A stretch of DNA of 64,000 nucleotides from contig NC_058368.1 of assembly GCF_018350175.1 (NCBI RefSeq), forward strand, positions 9,114,001-9,178,000, read 5' to 3'. This stretch comes from Felis catus. Its lineage: Eukaryota. The translations under genes were made by a program, and so were the position numbers. Under the pieces are notes generated by a model. The model saw nothing but the letters and a program-made list of their open reading frames with translations. It did not search any database and was not told the origin of the DNA. This document shows positions 11,865-24,988 of this stretch, one piece after another; within the stretch, counting starts at the first letter, position 1, and every line of letters starts with the position of its first letter.

Positions 11865-14760
11865 ACAACAGATGAAGAAAGTTTTAATTTCTTTTCACAT
11901 TAAACATTGTTTACCACAATCAGCTAACAGAAATTTCTGCAACATTGGTCAAGATGACATCAAACTAAGGATAGATGTTTGTTATGAGAAAACCTCATTT
12001 AATGTGACTGACGATGTTAGATACTATATTTTTCATGATAGGAGAAGATACAACCTATCTCGAAGAGAAAGCAAATAATTCAGATCAAGGAGACATGCTG
12101 AGGTTTTAATAAAGAAGAAAAGCTTCGCCTTGTCCAGAACACTTAACAGAGTCTAGGATAATTTAGGTAAAAGAGGTGAGTTAGATACCAAGCACTGGGC
12201 AGGGTCACAGGCCCATAATTCAGGCTTTATTTACATTACCAGATCTATGCAGCCTTTACCTTTCGGTAAGTGAGCTGTTATTTTTGGCAGAGGGATCTTC
12301 AATAGTAGCCTTGGATATGACAAATCATATTGTAATCATCAGGCAGTCCAAGGAACTATTTTAAGAGGGATAGTTGAGTATTTTCGTGTATATACTATTA
12401 AGGCATCTAAATTTTTGGTGTTTTCAGTATATAATTTTACTGCTTTTTTTTTTTTTTTCATTTTGCACAACAATGTTCTTAGGAATTAAGTGACACAATT
12501 CTTTCTCTACTGATGAACCAGTTTATCCATTTTGCAAACTTTAAATGGAGGTCTTGTAGAAGGGAAATTTATAACAGGAGAACACACAGAAAAATATATT
12601 GAAACCCAATAGAGAATAGTTTTTAAACCATCATACAAATTCAATCATAATGAACTGATAGTCTTTAACTTTGGAAAAACAGAAGAGCAATTAGAATTAA
12701 AACAGGTATTAAAAATAATCACCAGTAGTTTGCTTTACAAAAGAACAGAGCCATAAATGGCTTAATTGCCCCATTCAGTAACTACCAGATTCTTCTTTAG
12801 TCAAACACTAAGGGAATTCACATTTGAGCTAGTCAACAAAGCATATAAATATTTAACATCCGAATACAACATTTTAGTGATAACAGAGACTGCATAATTC
12901 TACCCATTGTTGCTCTGTGCACAAATTAACCAGGTTAAATATCAAAGATACACTGTGAATACTCCTGAAACTAACAATGGAATATTACGCAAAATTTTTA
13001 AAGACTCAGAAATAAAAGTAGAACACAATTTTAACATGGATGAGACGGTGCTTAAACAACAATCAATTTAATCAAGACCTTTAAAATTACCACTGAAATA
13101 AATGCACTACGATATTTTATTTTTAGTTTACAGAAAGAATCTCTAAGTACAGGTTGCAGAAAGAAAATGTTTAGTGCTATTTACATTCATTTTAAAACTC
13201 TGCTCTATACAAATTTAATTCTGATCAGTATGAACAATATTTTCGTAGATCTACTGCATATAAAGCCTTTTCATCAAAGCACTGACAATGAGTAAAATAA
13301 CCTGATTACCTTTAGACAAAGCTGACCATTTGAAACCATTTACACTTAATGTTTTCTTAAGGGCCATGGACACTTAAAGTACAGAACATAATGTCAGCCT
13401 GCAACTTCGTTCTCATAAAGGCTAAAGTTATTTATATGGAATATTGTTCTATATACTACACGCCAATCTATATTTAAGTTCTATAGTTAGGTATTTTATA
13501 AGTTTTTTATTAAATATATTCTACACATATTTGTAATTTCATCCAGGAAGAATTTCTTCCCAGTGAAAAAATATAAAATCTTTTATATTTTTACAGGTTT
13601 AGATGAAACTAGCTCATGCTTTAGTGCTGTGCAAATTGGTTTTAGCATTATCAATTTTTAAATGATTGGTACAAAACAAAAGAACGTCATCCTTAATCAT
13701 GTAGTACGCCTTAAAAAATCAGCTTTTGATTTTAATACAATTGCAAGCACTAATACCAAATGCAAACTACATAAAGAAACAAAATTGGTTACTATGGAGA
13801 ATTATTTCAATTTTAAGAATTCATTTGAACCCCAATGAGTGAGTGTGACACTGGACGGTTACAGACGAGCAATTTTGGAAAAATCCAATTTGCTGATCTT
13901 CGAATACATAAAATTGATAAGTAAATGAGGTTTTCTATTATCTCTGTGCGGCAATGAACGTCTACGAGAATGGAACTGACCCTCCCACGTTAAGGCTAGG
14001 AAGCGCACTCGCACCCCTTTTGTGCTGTGTGGACAAGCACTCAGTGGCCGCGGGACTGAGGAGTGCAGGTGTGAAAGGAAACGCAATTCGTTTCGTCAGC
14101 TCTCCGCCGAGTGCTTTAAACAACAGGCACGTTTTGTTTTTTCGTTTGTTGCCATGAAAGTAGTCACACTCAGTTTTGTACTCTGTGCCAGTGCAGCCAC
14201 CATGGCTGACTTTGATAGAATTCACCCACCATTTCCATTTCTATTCCATTTTTCCCTCTCCAGTGGGCCCACTAATTAACTTCATTAATTGCTGAGTGTT
14301 TTCCAGTGCGGAATTGTGTTTCCGAGCACTTTTAAGGTACCATAAACCATGTTGTAAAATCTGCTGATGAAGAAAATAACGTCAATCTTTTTTAGTGCAA
14401 ACTATATTCGGAACACTTGATTTGTTAGTTCTGGTGATGAAAATTTGTGGCGGCAAAATGGTTTCCGCTAGGAAGGTAACTTGCGAACTGGGCGCCTAGA
14501 GATTGACAGCATCCAAAAACCAATAGATTTTAAAACCGCTCAACAGAAACGAAGAAACTAGAAATAAAAACGCATGGTGAAAAAATGTTCTTGGTTCTTT
14601 TTACTTTGATGAGGAAAGATGACAGCGTTCATGGGATCATTCAGGTCCATGGATTTACAGGCAGACTCTTCCTAAGGGTTTCCGAAGCAATGTCGGGTCT
14701 CTTCTGTCCCAGCAGCGAGAAAGACATAGACCACATGACAGCACACGCGGCACACGGTGT
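11865..14760 (-). other. UBL3: UBL3 3'UTR (about 2.9 kb; distal end approximate)
   Basis: Continuous, mostly AT-rich sequence after the stop with no recognisable repeat. Ends at ATTAAA followed by a U-rich tract, after which composition becomes GC-rich. Confidence 0.7.
11883..11888 (-). terminator. Candidate distal polyadenylation signal ATTAAA
   Basis: Plus-strand tttaat. Minus-strand downstream reads actttcttcatctgttgtagaatattttcttctttt (U-rich). Alternative AATAAA hexamers at 12226-12231 and 13506-13511. Confidence 0.55.
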
Positions 14761-14813
14761 TTACAGGATTACGCAACAATTACTCTCTCCAGTCTTTTCG
14801 CGATTCCTCTGAC
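14761..14813 (-). CDS. UBL3: UBL3 last coding exon (53 nt CDS; (G)QRNREKTGESNCCVIL*), C-terminal CAAX prenylation motif
   Basis: Acceptor ttttctctag|GT, then CAG AGG AAT CGC GAA AAG ACT GGA GAG AGT AAT TGT TGC GTA ATC CTG TAA. CCVIL is the known UBL3 C-terminus. Confidence 0.98.
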
Positions 14814-15130
14814 CTAGAGAAAATGCAGAAAAGCCTTGCTTACAAAAGTGCTCGAATCAGGGGCTGCGGGGGAGGGGTGGCATCCAAACATAGTAAGAAT
14901 TTGTTTTTAATGTCTGCAATTTTTTTTTAATTAAAAAGCTGTAATTATAATTATAGCCTGTTTTCATTATAGCCTGTTTCCAGGATGTCTGGTTATTTGC
15001 TTAACAAGCTCTGTCCATAAACAATGAAAACTTCCTTTCCCTCAGAAGGTTCAGAAAAAAACCAAGAACCATTTCGAGTGCCTGTCTCCGCGGCTCAAGT
15101 GAGTAACAACCTCTGCGGTACCCGGCTTAC

Positions 15131-15208
15131 CTTGAGAGTTTGGCTCTGGCAATGTCTCTCTGGCCACCAAATGCATCACCGTTGTTTTGCCAAAAGGAAG
15201 TTTTAATG
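15131..15208 (-). CDS. UBL3: UBL3 coding exon 4 (78 nt; (A)LKLPFGKTTVMHLVARETLPEPNSQ)
   Basis: Lies within ORF 15051..15263(-). Acceptor ttcccatag|CA, donor CAAG|gtaagc. Matches the known UBL3 sequence. Confidence 0.98.
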
Positions 15209-16494
15209 CTATGGGAAAAGCAGAAGGTAGTTTGTCACATACATACTGACCGACTGAAATCACCAGTCGGAACTGAAACCACTTAAAGAATCGATCGCTT
15301 TCTGCAGGACTTCCTCAGCAGACTGAACTTCTTACCAGTTAGAGCACGTCTTACAAAATGAGATTAGGTCAATATTCTCAGAAACAATTCAGAAATTATT
15401 CTGTCCAGCTATGGCCATTAGTCTGACACAGATATCCGTAATGCTTAAGAAAGGGGACAAGAGAAAATGCTTAAGAAAGGGGGCAAGAGAAAAGGGGACA
15501 AGAGGAGAAAAGAAACTAAAAAAAATTTTCGAGACTACCTTTTCTAGATTAGGGAAAAGTTTAGATTAAGAGAGACTTGTTTCTAAATCTAATTATCTAT
15601 GAAATATGCAGTCACTTAAGAAAATTACTGCCTTGAACATACCACCGTGGTGTCAAAATAGAAGAAACAACAAATTTAATTTTAAATATTTATTCTCAAC
15701 CCTGTAGAATTCAGTTAGAAAACAATTTTCTCTCAAAGGTTACTTTAAGAGAATCACTGTCTTGGTATTCTTAATAATCACTGTTTTCTAATTAAGTCTT
15801 AATTTAAAAGGTTTTTCTCATTCCTAATAGAATGGTTTTATTATGAAAAGTTTATTATGAAAAGTAGAATAATGCAACACATACCCATATGTCCACAAAC
15901 CACTTAAGCAAATACAAACACTGAGTTTCATGGTGAATGTCTTTGTTATTCTGTATATAAAATTAGAAGCAACCAGTATAAAACAACTTAGGAAGTTATT
16001 GCCACAGGCGGGATGTTTCAGGTCTGACATCCAGAACTACGTTCTCTTCACAGACTACAAACTTAAGGCAGGTTTATAATCAGGCAAGTGTGGCCTTCCC
16101 GTTACCTGCTTCTGAAATCCTGCTCTATAGGATGATGGTTAACATGCAGATTTCAAGAACAGTACTAAATACCTTCAACGCTATTAATATTTAACGTAAC
16201 CAAGGTGAGTTTCCATCTTACTTAAAGTTGGTCAGCCATTATTTGGTCTACTCTCTTCACTTCTCAAGTTCAAGTGAAGGAGGATGGCTCACAAATACAC
16301 ACTACGATGAAAGAAGAGGAGGGACTTTTCCGGAGAATCCCCTAGGTTTGATTTAACAATAAATGCAAATAAGATTTGCTATTATAAAAAGTCTCATTAA
16401 GTGTACTGGGAAAACCTGACTGCACTTAAAGCTGCATATCACTCCCCTTCCATTTCTGGACTCTATCTAGTAAGCCAGATCTGGGTTGAAAATC

Positions 16495-16680
16495 GCATCT
16501 CTGCTACTTGCCAACGGGAGACGGGTCACGGGCAAGTCAGTCACCTGCTCCCAGGCCTCAGTTTCCCGTGCCCAAATTGGAGATGGCAATTCCATCACCT
16601 GCCCCTTCCAGCTGTATCGATTAAATGAAGTAATCCAAGGAAAGTGCTTACGGGGCTCGGAACAAAGAAAGCAGGCGGTG
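16495..16680 (+). mobile_element. MIR
   Basis: ctctgctacttgc...gggcaagtca...gcctcagtttcc...gattaaatga...aaagtgctt core pattern. Confidence 0.7.
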
Positions 16681-17112
16681 AACACCACCCTGTTGTGGTC
16701 ATCATCAGTTTGAGAAAGCAACGAATCTCAGAAAACAGGTAAGTGAATGGAGACGCGGGACAGGGCTGGGAAGCTGCTGGGTAAAGGTTTACCATCTGAA
16801 GCTACACATTTGATGGGGATTATTATTTTTCTTCTGCATTTGAATTTTAACTAGAAATAGTAGATATCGATGCTAACAGTATCAAAGAAGGTAAAGGGAA
16901 GAGGGATACAAGAATTTAAGAGGCTTTGTCTTTCCTTCTCTGCGGATGCCTCTGCTTTCTACTGTGACACCGTACAATATCCACAACAGTTTTCAACCTT
17001 ACATAAAAGTCACCAGGAATTCAATTATTCCAGTTGTAGACTGGGAGATGGGGAGGGGGAGGAGAAAAAGAGAGGGAGAGAGAGAGAATGAGAGGGAGGG
17101 AGGGAAAGAGAC

Positions 17113-17115
<3 letters not shown>

Positions 17116-17156
<41 letters not shown>
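17116..17156. repeat. (GA)n microsatellite
   Basis: About 20 perfect GA units. Confidence 0.97.
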
Positions 17157-17160
<4 letters not shown>

Positions 17161-18529
17161 CGCTTTCCTCCAACTAGCCAGCACGCAGAAATCTGCATTT
17201 TTCTAAATAAGTATTCCAGCTGATTCTTATGCCAGAGTCTCCAGCACATTTTGGGAAACAATGATCTGGAATGTACTGGATGTCAAACTTGTAGCTGATC
17301 TTATTTTCTTTTATCCTTCTTTATCCTTAATAAGACAGTTATCACACCATTTCTTTGGTAGACTGAAATTCTATGCAACTAGAAGGTTGTATCTCAAAAA
17401 AGGACATTCAGGGCTATGTTTTAAGGAAACTTGGTAACAAAAAATTACTAGAAGCACCAAGTCTCCTGGTTTAACCTCCCACAAAGTGCCTGAACCCCAC
17501 CCATGGCTGTACCTACTACTTGTACGGAACCAATAACAAGGATTTCACTCTTTTCCCTTAGTGACATACCCCTTCTTTAGGCAGCCTGACATGTTCACAT
17601 AATTTTGTGCTGAATAATCTGTCCACTTGATTTCCAGCTGTTGGTCCTAAGTCTAATTCAGAGGCCAAACCAGAGCAAGTCTCAAGCCATGCAAACGTAG
17701 CCTACGCCCTTCTCCACACAAGCCATTCAAACATCTGAAGACAGTTACTACGGCCCTGTGTACCGTCTCCTTCATTATCCACACTCAAGAACACACGGAG
17801 ACTAAAAAGAAAAATTGTGACCAAAAAACAAACAGTTGAATGTTATTATTCAACCTTTATCAAACACCCAGGTATACTGATCAACTTGAAAGGTCTGGCT
17901 TATGCCTCCATGTTATTTGTCTAAATCACTAAGACCAGAAGTCGTTTATTTTGTTTTTGAAAATATTGACAGCAATACAGAAGGAAAACAGTAACAACAA
18001 GTCAATCTGTTAATTCTACAAACACAAATTCCAAAGAAGTACTAGTAAAAATTTATACTTTAATGGGAATGAATCAGGAGTTTGATTTTAACACAAATCC
18101 CATGATCTTCCTTTAATACAAAGTTGAAGCTTTGGGGCCACAACAAAAAGATAATGAAAGACGGAAGGGAAATTTCTCACATTCGTCAATACTCAAACGG
18201 AAACAGAGTCTCAAGATTCATCCATGCAGTTAAGATATTAAATTCAATCAACATCACAAGAGCTTATGTGCAGCAGAGACAATCAAGTAAAGACTAAAGA
18301 TAGCCTATCCTTCATGAAGGAGTTGGTCCATGCAACTTTGTGAGAGATCTAGAAAAAGAACAACAACAACAACAAAAAAAGCTGTATTTTATTTATTTAG
18401 TTTTACTTATTTGTTTCAAATGTGTAATATATACTTGGAAAAGAACCATCTACAGGCAAAAAAAAAGATTGGGGGGTCAGCTATCTGGAGATGAATGGAC
18501 TTGCCGAGAGATCAATATCCTCTAATAAC

Positions 18530-18840
18530 TTATTTTATTTTAATGCTTAGTTTGTATCACTCATTCATTCTTCAATTTATTTCAGCTAAGACACACACAC
18601 ACACAGTTCACTGATTTCTCCTACCTGCCCCCTCTGGCAACCACAGATCTGTTCTGTGAGCTTGGTTTGTTCGTTTCTGTATTTACCGATCATCCTCATA
18701 TCAAAGAGCATGTGGTGTTTGTCTTTCTCTTATTTCCATGTTCTCTTAGTTCCATGTTCTCTTATTTCCATAATACAACATGTCTTATTTCCATGTTGTA
18801 AATGGCAAGACCTCATTCTTTTTTATGGCTGGCTAATATT

Positions 18841-18871
<31 letters not shown>

Positions 18872-19060
18872 CTCCCATTTTCTTCAGAAATGCGTATCAT
18901 CAATAAACACAGGTTGCTTCTACATCTTGACTGTGTAAAAGACGCTGCAACGAACATGGTGTGGCTATCTTTTTGGAGTCAGGGTTTTCATTTTCTTCAG
19001 GTAAAAACACAGAAGTGAAGTTGCGGGAACATATGGTAGTTCTATTTTTTACTATTTTGA
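18530..19060 (-). mobile_element. L1 3' end fragment containing (TG)n at about 18843-18870
   Basis: cccctctggcaaccac, aaatggcaagacctcattcttttttatggct and catatggtagttctatttttt motifs. Confidence 0.8.
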
Positions 19061-19594
19061 AAACATTTTTAAAAGCTACATTTTGAAAGTAGCTCGGTAG
19101 ACAGCAGCACTTTTTAGACTAGTTACCTAACACTGCCACTGAAACCTGGTCATGAGTGAAATGCTGTCCTGAAATGTTCCACCTGCCTGATACTGTCATC
19201 ATAAATCATTTGCATCCATCTCCGCCGGCCCTTATCACCCCCTACGCTGAGTGGGTTTTATCCGTTTCTACTACGCGATACTAACGCACCCGGAGGATTC
19301 TATCTTGTTCGACCCACTATCTCCGTGTAGCATGTAAGGAATAAATACATGCTGAAGGAACGAATGAAAATATCCTACCTTTAAGGAAACACAGTAAACA
19401 TTTCCCAGTTAGGTTTAGAGAAAAAAGTCATACTATATTTAAACAAAAATATAAAAGTAGATCACCTCATCTGCCTACCAATCTCTGATTATCAGGATAC
19501 ACTTATAAACCCTGCTGGTGGTAGAGAATGTACCCCATTAGGAGGCACTATTGAGCTACATTTCTCCAATCACATGTAAAGAGCGGTAGTACCA

Positions 19595-19815
19595 AAGAAG
19601 CGTTTACTGTGTGCCAAGCACTGTTCTAAGTGCTTTGAAGAGAGAGACTAATCTGACCCTCCCGACCTAGGAGGTAGGCACTGTTGTTAGCCCATTTTAT
19701 CGATGAGAAAAGTGAGGTAGCTACCCCAAGGGTACACAGAGGGAAGTGGTGGCGCTAGGATACAGCTTAGACCATCTGGCTCTAAATCTGCTTTTAATCC
19801 CCGTACTACACTGTC
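19595..19815 (-). mobile_element. MIR
   Basis: ttactgtgtgccaagcactgttctaagtgcttt...cccattttatcgatgagaaaagtgagg. Confidence 0.8.
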
Positions 19816-20165
19816 TCCCTGATGTTACTCCTTTACCTTCATTCTTGCACGACGGGCAACTGTATCAGTTAGAGTCAAACTGAAAACAAATTATCATAAA
19901 TTTTTCCTACTTTGTGTGTCTGGCTTTAACTTAAAAATATTACATCTGATTTATATTATCTAAAAAGTACAATAAAATTAAATTCACAAAATAATAGGTA
20001 TAGACTACTTCTAATGAGAGTTTATTTCATAAGGGAGTAAATACTTATCACAGTGCTTAACTTAAATTTATGAGAATGCAAAATGTAAAGAATAGGCAGA
20101 ATTTATGAGTTTGAAATTATAATTTTTTTGTAAAATCAGACAATAGCATTTAAAAAATGTTTTTT

Positions 20166-20607
20166 TTATTTTTTTTAATTTTTTTTTTTAACGTTTATTT
20201 TTGAGACAGGGAGAGACAGAGCATGAACAGGAGAGGGTCAGAGAGAGGGAGACACAGAATCTGAAACAGGCTCCAGGCTCTGAGCTGTCAGCACAGAGCC
20301 CGACGCGGGGCTCAAACTCACGGACCGCGAGATCGTGACCTGAGCCGAAGTCGGCCGCTTAACCGACTGAGCCACCCAGGCGCCCCTAAAAAATGTTTTT
20401 TAACATTTACTCATTTTTAAGAGACAGAGAGAGACAGAGCACGAGCGGCGGAGGGGCAGAAAGAGAGGAAGACACATAATCCAAACCAGGCTCCAGGCTC
20501 TGAGCTGTCAGCACAGAGCGCGAGGGAGGTCTTGAACCGACAGACTGTGAGATCATGACCTGAGCCAAAGGCAGCGTGGCCCTTAACTGAGCCACCCAGG
20601 TGCCCCC
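20166..20607 (-). mobile_element. Two tandem Can-SINEs: a young SINEC_Fc (20166-20386) inserted in the tail of an older copy (about 20396-20607)
   Basis: TSD taaaaaatgtttttt flanks the younger copy. The older copy ends about 80 bp from the exon 3 donor. Confidence 0.93.
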
Positions 20608-20685
20608 AGACAAGGCATTTAAACAAACAAATGAATAATGCTGCCTGAAGTAAACATTAAATCCCATTACAAAGGTGATTATTAC

Positions 20686-20772
20686 CTCCTAATGTGACAT
20701 TTCCATGTAGAAATCGTCCTTGATAAATAAGTCGTAGAATATTTGGACTGCTGACCTGCTCTTCCTCCCAGT
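20686..20772 (-). CDS. UBL3: UBL3 coding exon 3 (87 nt; (D)WEEEQVSSPNILRLIYQGRFLHGNVTLG)
   Basis: Not in the ORF track; found by reading the minus strand. ttttcag|ACTGGGAGGAAGAG...TTAGGAG|gtaat, phase 1 at both ends, in frame with exons 2 and 4. Confidence 0.98.
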
Positions 20773-23080
20773 CTGAAAAGAACGAGTGAACCGTTAGGTG
20801 TATTTAAAGAAGAGTTAAGGTATTATGTCATTGTTCAAAACATTCAGATGCAAATCGGATAGAGAACACATCCTGGAGCCTCCCAATAATGGAAACAGTC
20901 ACCATTCACAACAGTCAATCACTGCAGGCCTGGTTCTTGGTAGTGCTTCTCATTAATAAGAGCTACAGAAAGACTAGTGTTTGCTTAAGAACAAAATATA
21001 GTCCTGAAGGTTAAAACTTAAAACAAGATGGGGAAAAAAATCTAATCCTAGGTAAAGTGAAATGTCATTTGAAAACTAATTGCTATTACCAGTAATTAAC
21101 AAAGAATATTACAATGTTCCGATATCCGTACCTGTTAAATTATGTATCTGAAGCTAGAAACAATTTAACAAAGATTTTAATATACCCATATAGAGAATAA
21201 CAAAAACATTATACCTCAATAAGGCTGGAGAACAAAAAATTTTAAAATAACAAAAAAAATTAACAATGTTTACTTCTGGATGTTGATTTATTACATTGTC
21301 TTCTGAAGCCATATGATAAATATTATAGAAGACACAACTTTTAGTTCACTTTGCCCAAATACTCAGACGAAACTCGAAAAATAACATACATTAGAAGATA
21401 CTACAAATATGAAAGCTAGGGAAGTATATAAAGAAAATCAAAAGACAAACTGGAAGGGTAACAGAATATTTCACTTTGTGTATAACGTATGTTATAGTGA
21501 AATATGGAATACTACTCTGTTAAAATAATGATTTAATAAGGACTGGTACTGGACAGGGTCCAGGGTTAGTAATTTTACTAGCTGGTGGATATAATAATTT
21601 AAGTTCCTACTGTGACAAAGGTTGGAGAATTCTATTATCATCTTTCTCAAGAATTCTAGTATGATGTGTTTGTTTCCTACAGAAGCTCCTATTACCAGGA
21701 GGTAACTATCAACACAAGGATGAGTTTAAAATATCCTAAAGAGAAGTGACAGAAAAGAGGTAAGTAGAGCACTTTCCTTCTGAGTGTTCAAAATGATGAA
21801 TATGAACTTGATAAAAGCGTGCCCCCCACTGACTCAGCACAACAGAAATGGGAGAGGACACATGAACTGGAGTCATTTCTCCCCCAGCTCCCGGTACCTT
21901 TTCTCCTGGTCCGTCCCCCCACCCCCCCACCTGCCCTTAGGTGCCTCTGTTGCCTTCTGATCCTGGTGCTCTCAGGTCCCTCTTCTTCTAAAAGAAAGAT
22001 CAACTAAGCCTTTACCATTTTAGTATGGACTACTTTGAATTCACCACACCCCAAATTACTGTTTAATAGACTATTTCTGGTCAAGATGAAAGTGTCCATA
22101 TAAATAAAGACAAATGACAGGGTCTAATTCACTGGAAAAAAAAAACTTAAAGCTACACACTTCATTATTTTAGAGACTGTTGTGATTTCCATGCACTTCA
22201 TGGGTTTAATATGCTATCTACCCTCCCCTCTCAGAGGATCTAAAACTTAGCAAGGCCTATAGAAGAACAATGCTTTAAGGAGGAATTTCAGCAACTAGGA
22301 ACACGTATTTAGTGGCTACTGTTTTGCACCCCAACCCGGTAAGAGCTAGGTGTCTGATTACTCCGCCTATTAGCAATATTCCGCTAAACTGCCAGAGGGG
22401 ACCAAGGACAACTAACTGTTGCCAAAAATATACCGCACCAAGCGTTTTTTTTTTCTACTCATTTAATGTTTACTACACTTTCATTATTAGCACTAATATT
22501 TCATATTAGCAAATATTTACATGTGCTGACCTTTAGTGTATGGAGATAAAATGCAGAGCTAGGTTTTTAATTTGAATATTTTATATAAAATAAAAACGAC
22601 TGATTCCTATTCCCTGCATTGTCTAAAACTGCAGAGCAGAAGTGGTAAACTTAGGAAAGGCTGGGCTCAAAAGTTTGTATGTGAAAATAAGTAACGTAAG
22701 ATTGATACGATTTCAGTGCTCGTAGATGGCGGTTCATTCATTTGGGACACCATTTATGGCAAACACCTGCACTTGAGTCCTGTCTTTGTTTACTCTGTCA
22801 GGATTTTTAAGGAATTAAAAGCAATTTTCATATCTAAGTCTAACAATTATGATGCTAAAGCTTTTTTTTTTTTTTTTTTTTTGCCACAAGTTACAATGCT
22901 GCCCTCCACAAATTACTGTTTAAGAGGGACTGCCCTTTTTTGTCTTGTGTAACATTTTCTACAATACCATCGATGTCTAAACTGACCTTTACCCTCTCCT
23001 CCCCAAATCATACAAGTAATCTTCTATATCATATTTAGTAAAACATCACTATTAGACAGGTATTTAAAAATACTTCTCCA

Positions 23081-23300
23081 GGGCACCTGGGTGGCTCAGT
23101 CAAGCGTCCAACTTTGGCTTAGGTCATGATCTCATGATTCATGAGTTTGCGCCCCATGTCAGCCTCTATGTGGACAGCTCAGAGCCTGGAACCTGCTTGA
23201 GATTCTGTGTCTCCCTCGCTCTCTGCCCTCCCCTGCTCATGCTGTGTGTGTCTCTCTCTCTCTCTCTCAAAAATAAATAAACATTAAAAGAAAAAAAATT
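23081..23300 (+). mobile_element. Can-SINE
   Basis: gggcacctgggtggctcag...(CT)n, A-tail. Confidence 0.93.
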
Positions 23301-23502
23301 TTAAATGCTTTTCCTACTATAGTTACCTGTCCTGCCTGGCTATGAAGGAAATCTAATATTCTTAGAGCCCCAACTTTAATCTTCTTCCGCTTTTCTGAAA
23401 GTCCTTCTTACCTCTAACCTTTAGAGGTTACCCTTAGAAGTAACCATTCCCTTGGTTACCAATGGAAAAAAGATCCAGTCATTTGAAAGTATTTGTCTAA
23501 AC

Positions 23503-24178
23503 CAGTGTTTCTCAAGCGCAGGTCTATGAATCCTGAGTTCATGAACAACACAGCCGTGCTCCTAGGGTCTAAAAGTCCTCCTCAAGAATTTTAAAATCAT
23601 GCTTTCATTTTCATGATAATCTGGAAGAGATTATCCACATCGTTCAAATAATCACCTTGTACTCCCTTGGGATTTATTGCCCACATATGCACTTTATGAT
23701 CGTACTGCCACCAAGCAGTACCTCTTTAATTGTCAAGAGGCTCATAAGAAAAGGACGGAGGTTGGCTCAATACGTAAACAATGCATTCTTGCTAAGTGAC
23801 AATTGGGTACACTGTGTGAAGGAAGCTTTTGTGGTGAACCTGCAGATAACTGGGTCCTCATACAGCACACAGTAGCAGAGGCAAGCCAAGCTCAACGGTC
23901 CTTTGCTTGTGGTGCAAGCAGGGAGTTGGTTTTAGCAAATATACATCATCTGGCACATTAATGTTGTTAATTTGAACATTATTGGTTTTTGAGTTATACT
24001 TGTGCTTGTGGTTGTATACGAGTTAATAAGGATAAAGCATCTTAATTGGGTTTTATGTTTCTATCTTTAAAAAAAAAACAACACTCTAACAAAAATAATT
24101 GGAATCAGCACTAGGGAATCTACAGAATTTTCTTCCTCTAAAGGAGTTCCATATATTATTTAAGGTTCAGAAACACTG
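23503..24178. mobile_element. Non-autonomous hAT-Charlie-type DNA transposon (subfamily not identified)
   Basis: Terminal inverted repeats cagtgtttct(caa)...(ttc)agaaacactg; left flank gtctaaac resembles the hAT target consensus NTCTAGAN. Confidence 0.6.
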
Positions 24179-24988
24179 ATCTGATTGATTCATTTTGAAT
24201 ACACTGCGTTCTTTGTTGAAACGAGTCTTGTCCTTTAAAAGTCCACTGTTTTCACTAGTAAAATTAAGTGAAATCAGCTGAAACCTTCGTATCACTATAA
24301 CACACGCCCTAAGAAGGATCGAGATGACTGAGGCAAAGTTCAAAGGAAAAACACAAGCTAACGACTCACTTTAGGATGGCAAGACAAAGTCTTATTACAT
24401 GGAAAAGAATCAGAGAAGAAAGGAATACCATCCTCCCCTCTCTCAAATTTTGTGTTGTCATGGATACTGGCTTGAAAATGCAATGCGTAAATGGATTTTG
24501 TACCTTCTTGCCCCTTGTAGATCAGAGGACACATGAAGTGACAGGAATTAGAAACTTTGTGTTAGACTCAATGTTAAACTGGTTACATATAGGAGAGAAC
24601 AGTGAGAATGCATTATAATTTTTTTAAAACCTTGTTTCTCTTTCCTCTTACTTTGTATTCTGGTATAGATTTACTGATATGAAAGTGTGCGCGCGTGTTA
24701 GCTATGTTGTGTTTTCCTTTTAAAAACTAATTTTCATTTACATTAAAATGGTTCTGAGGCAAAAACAGGGGTTTTGCAAACTGGCTCCTTCCCCATTTTG
24801 CAATGAGGTAGCAGGAGAGCAAAACCTAAGGATGAACACGGCGTTCCTTCCCCTTTAAGGCTGAAGCCTGATACCCCCGATTATTTGTCCTTCTTTGATA
24901 TCCCTCTAATTTTTTCAAAATGTTTGTGAAACAAGGTAGGGCATCAAGAATTAACATTATTCATTCTCAAGAGAAAAACACCACTCAC

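Noticed and set aside
15051..15263. 70-aa ORF as a standalone gene
   Set aside because: Only 15131-15208 is exonic (UBL3 exon 4).
16735..21770. Strong + strand donor-like motifs (caggtaagt at about 16736, gaggtaagt at about 21757) suggesting an antisense transcript
   Set aside because: No matching exon chain or promoter found; isolated donor motifs are common.
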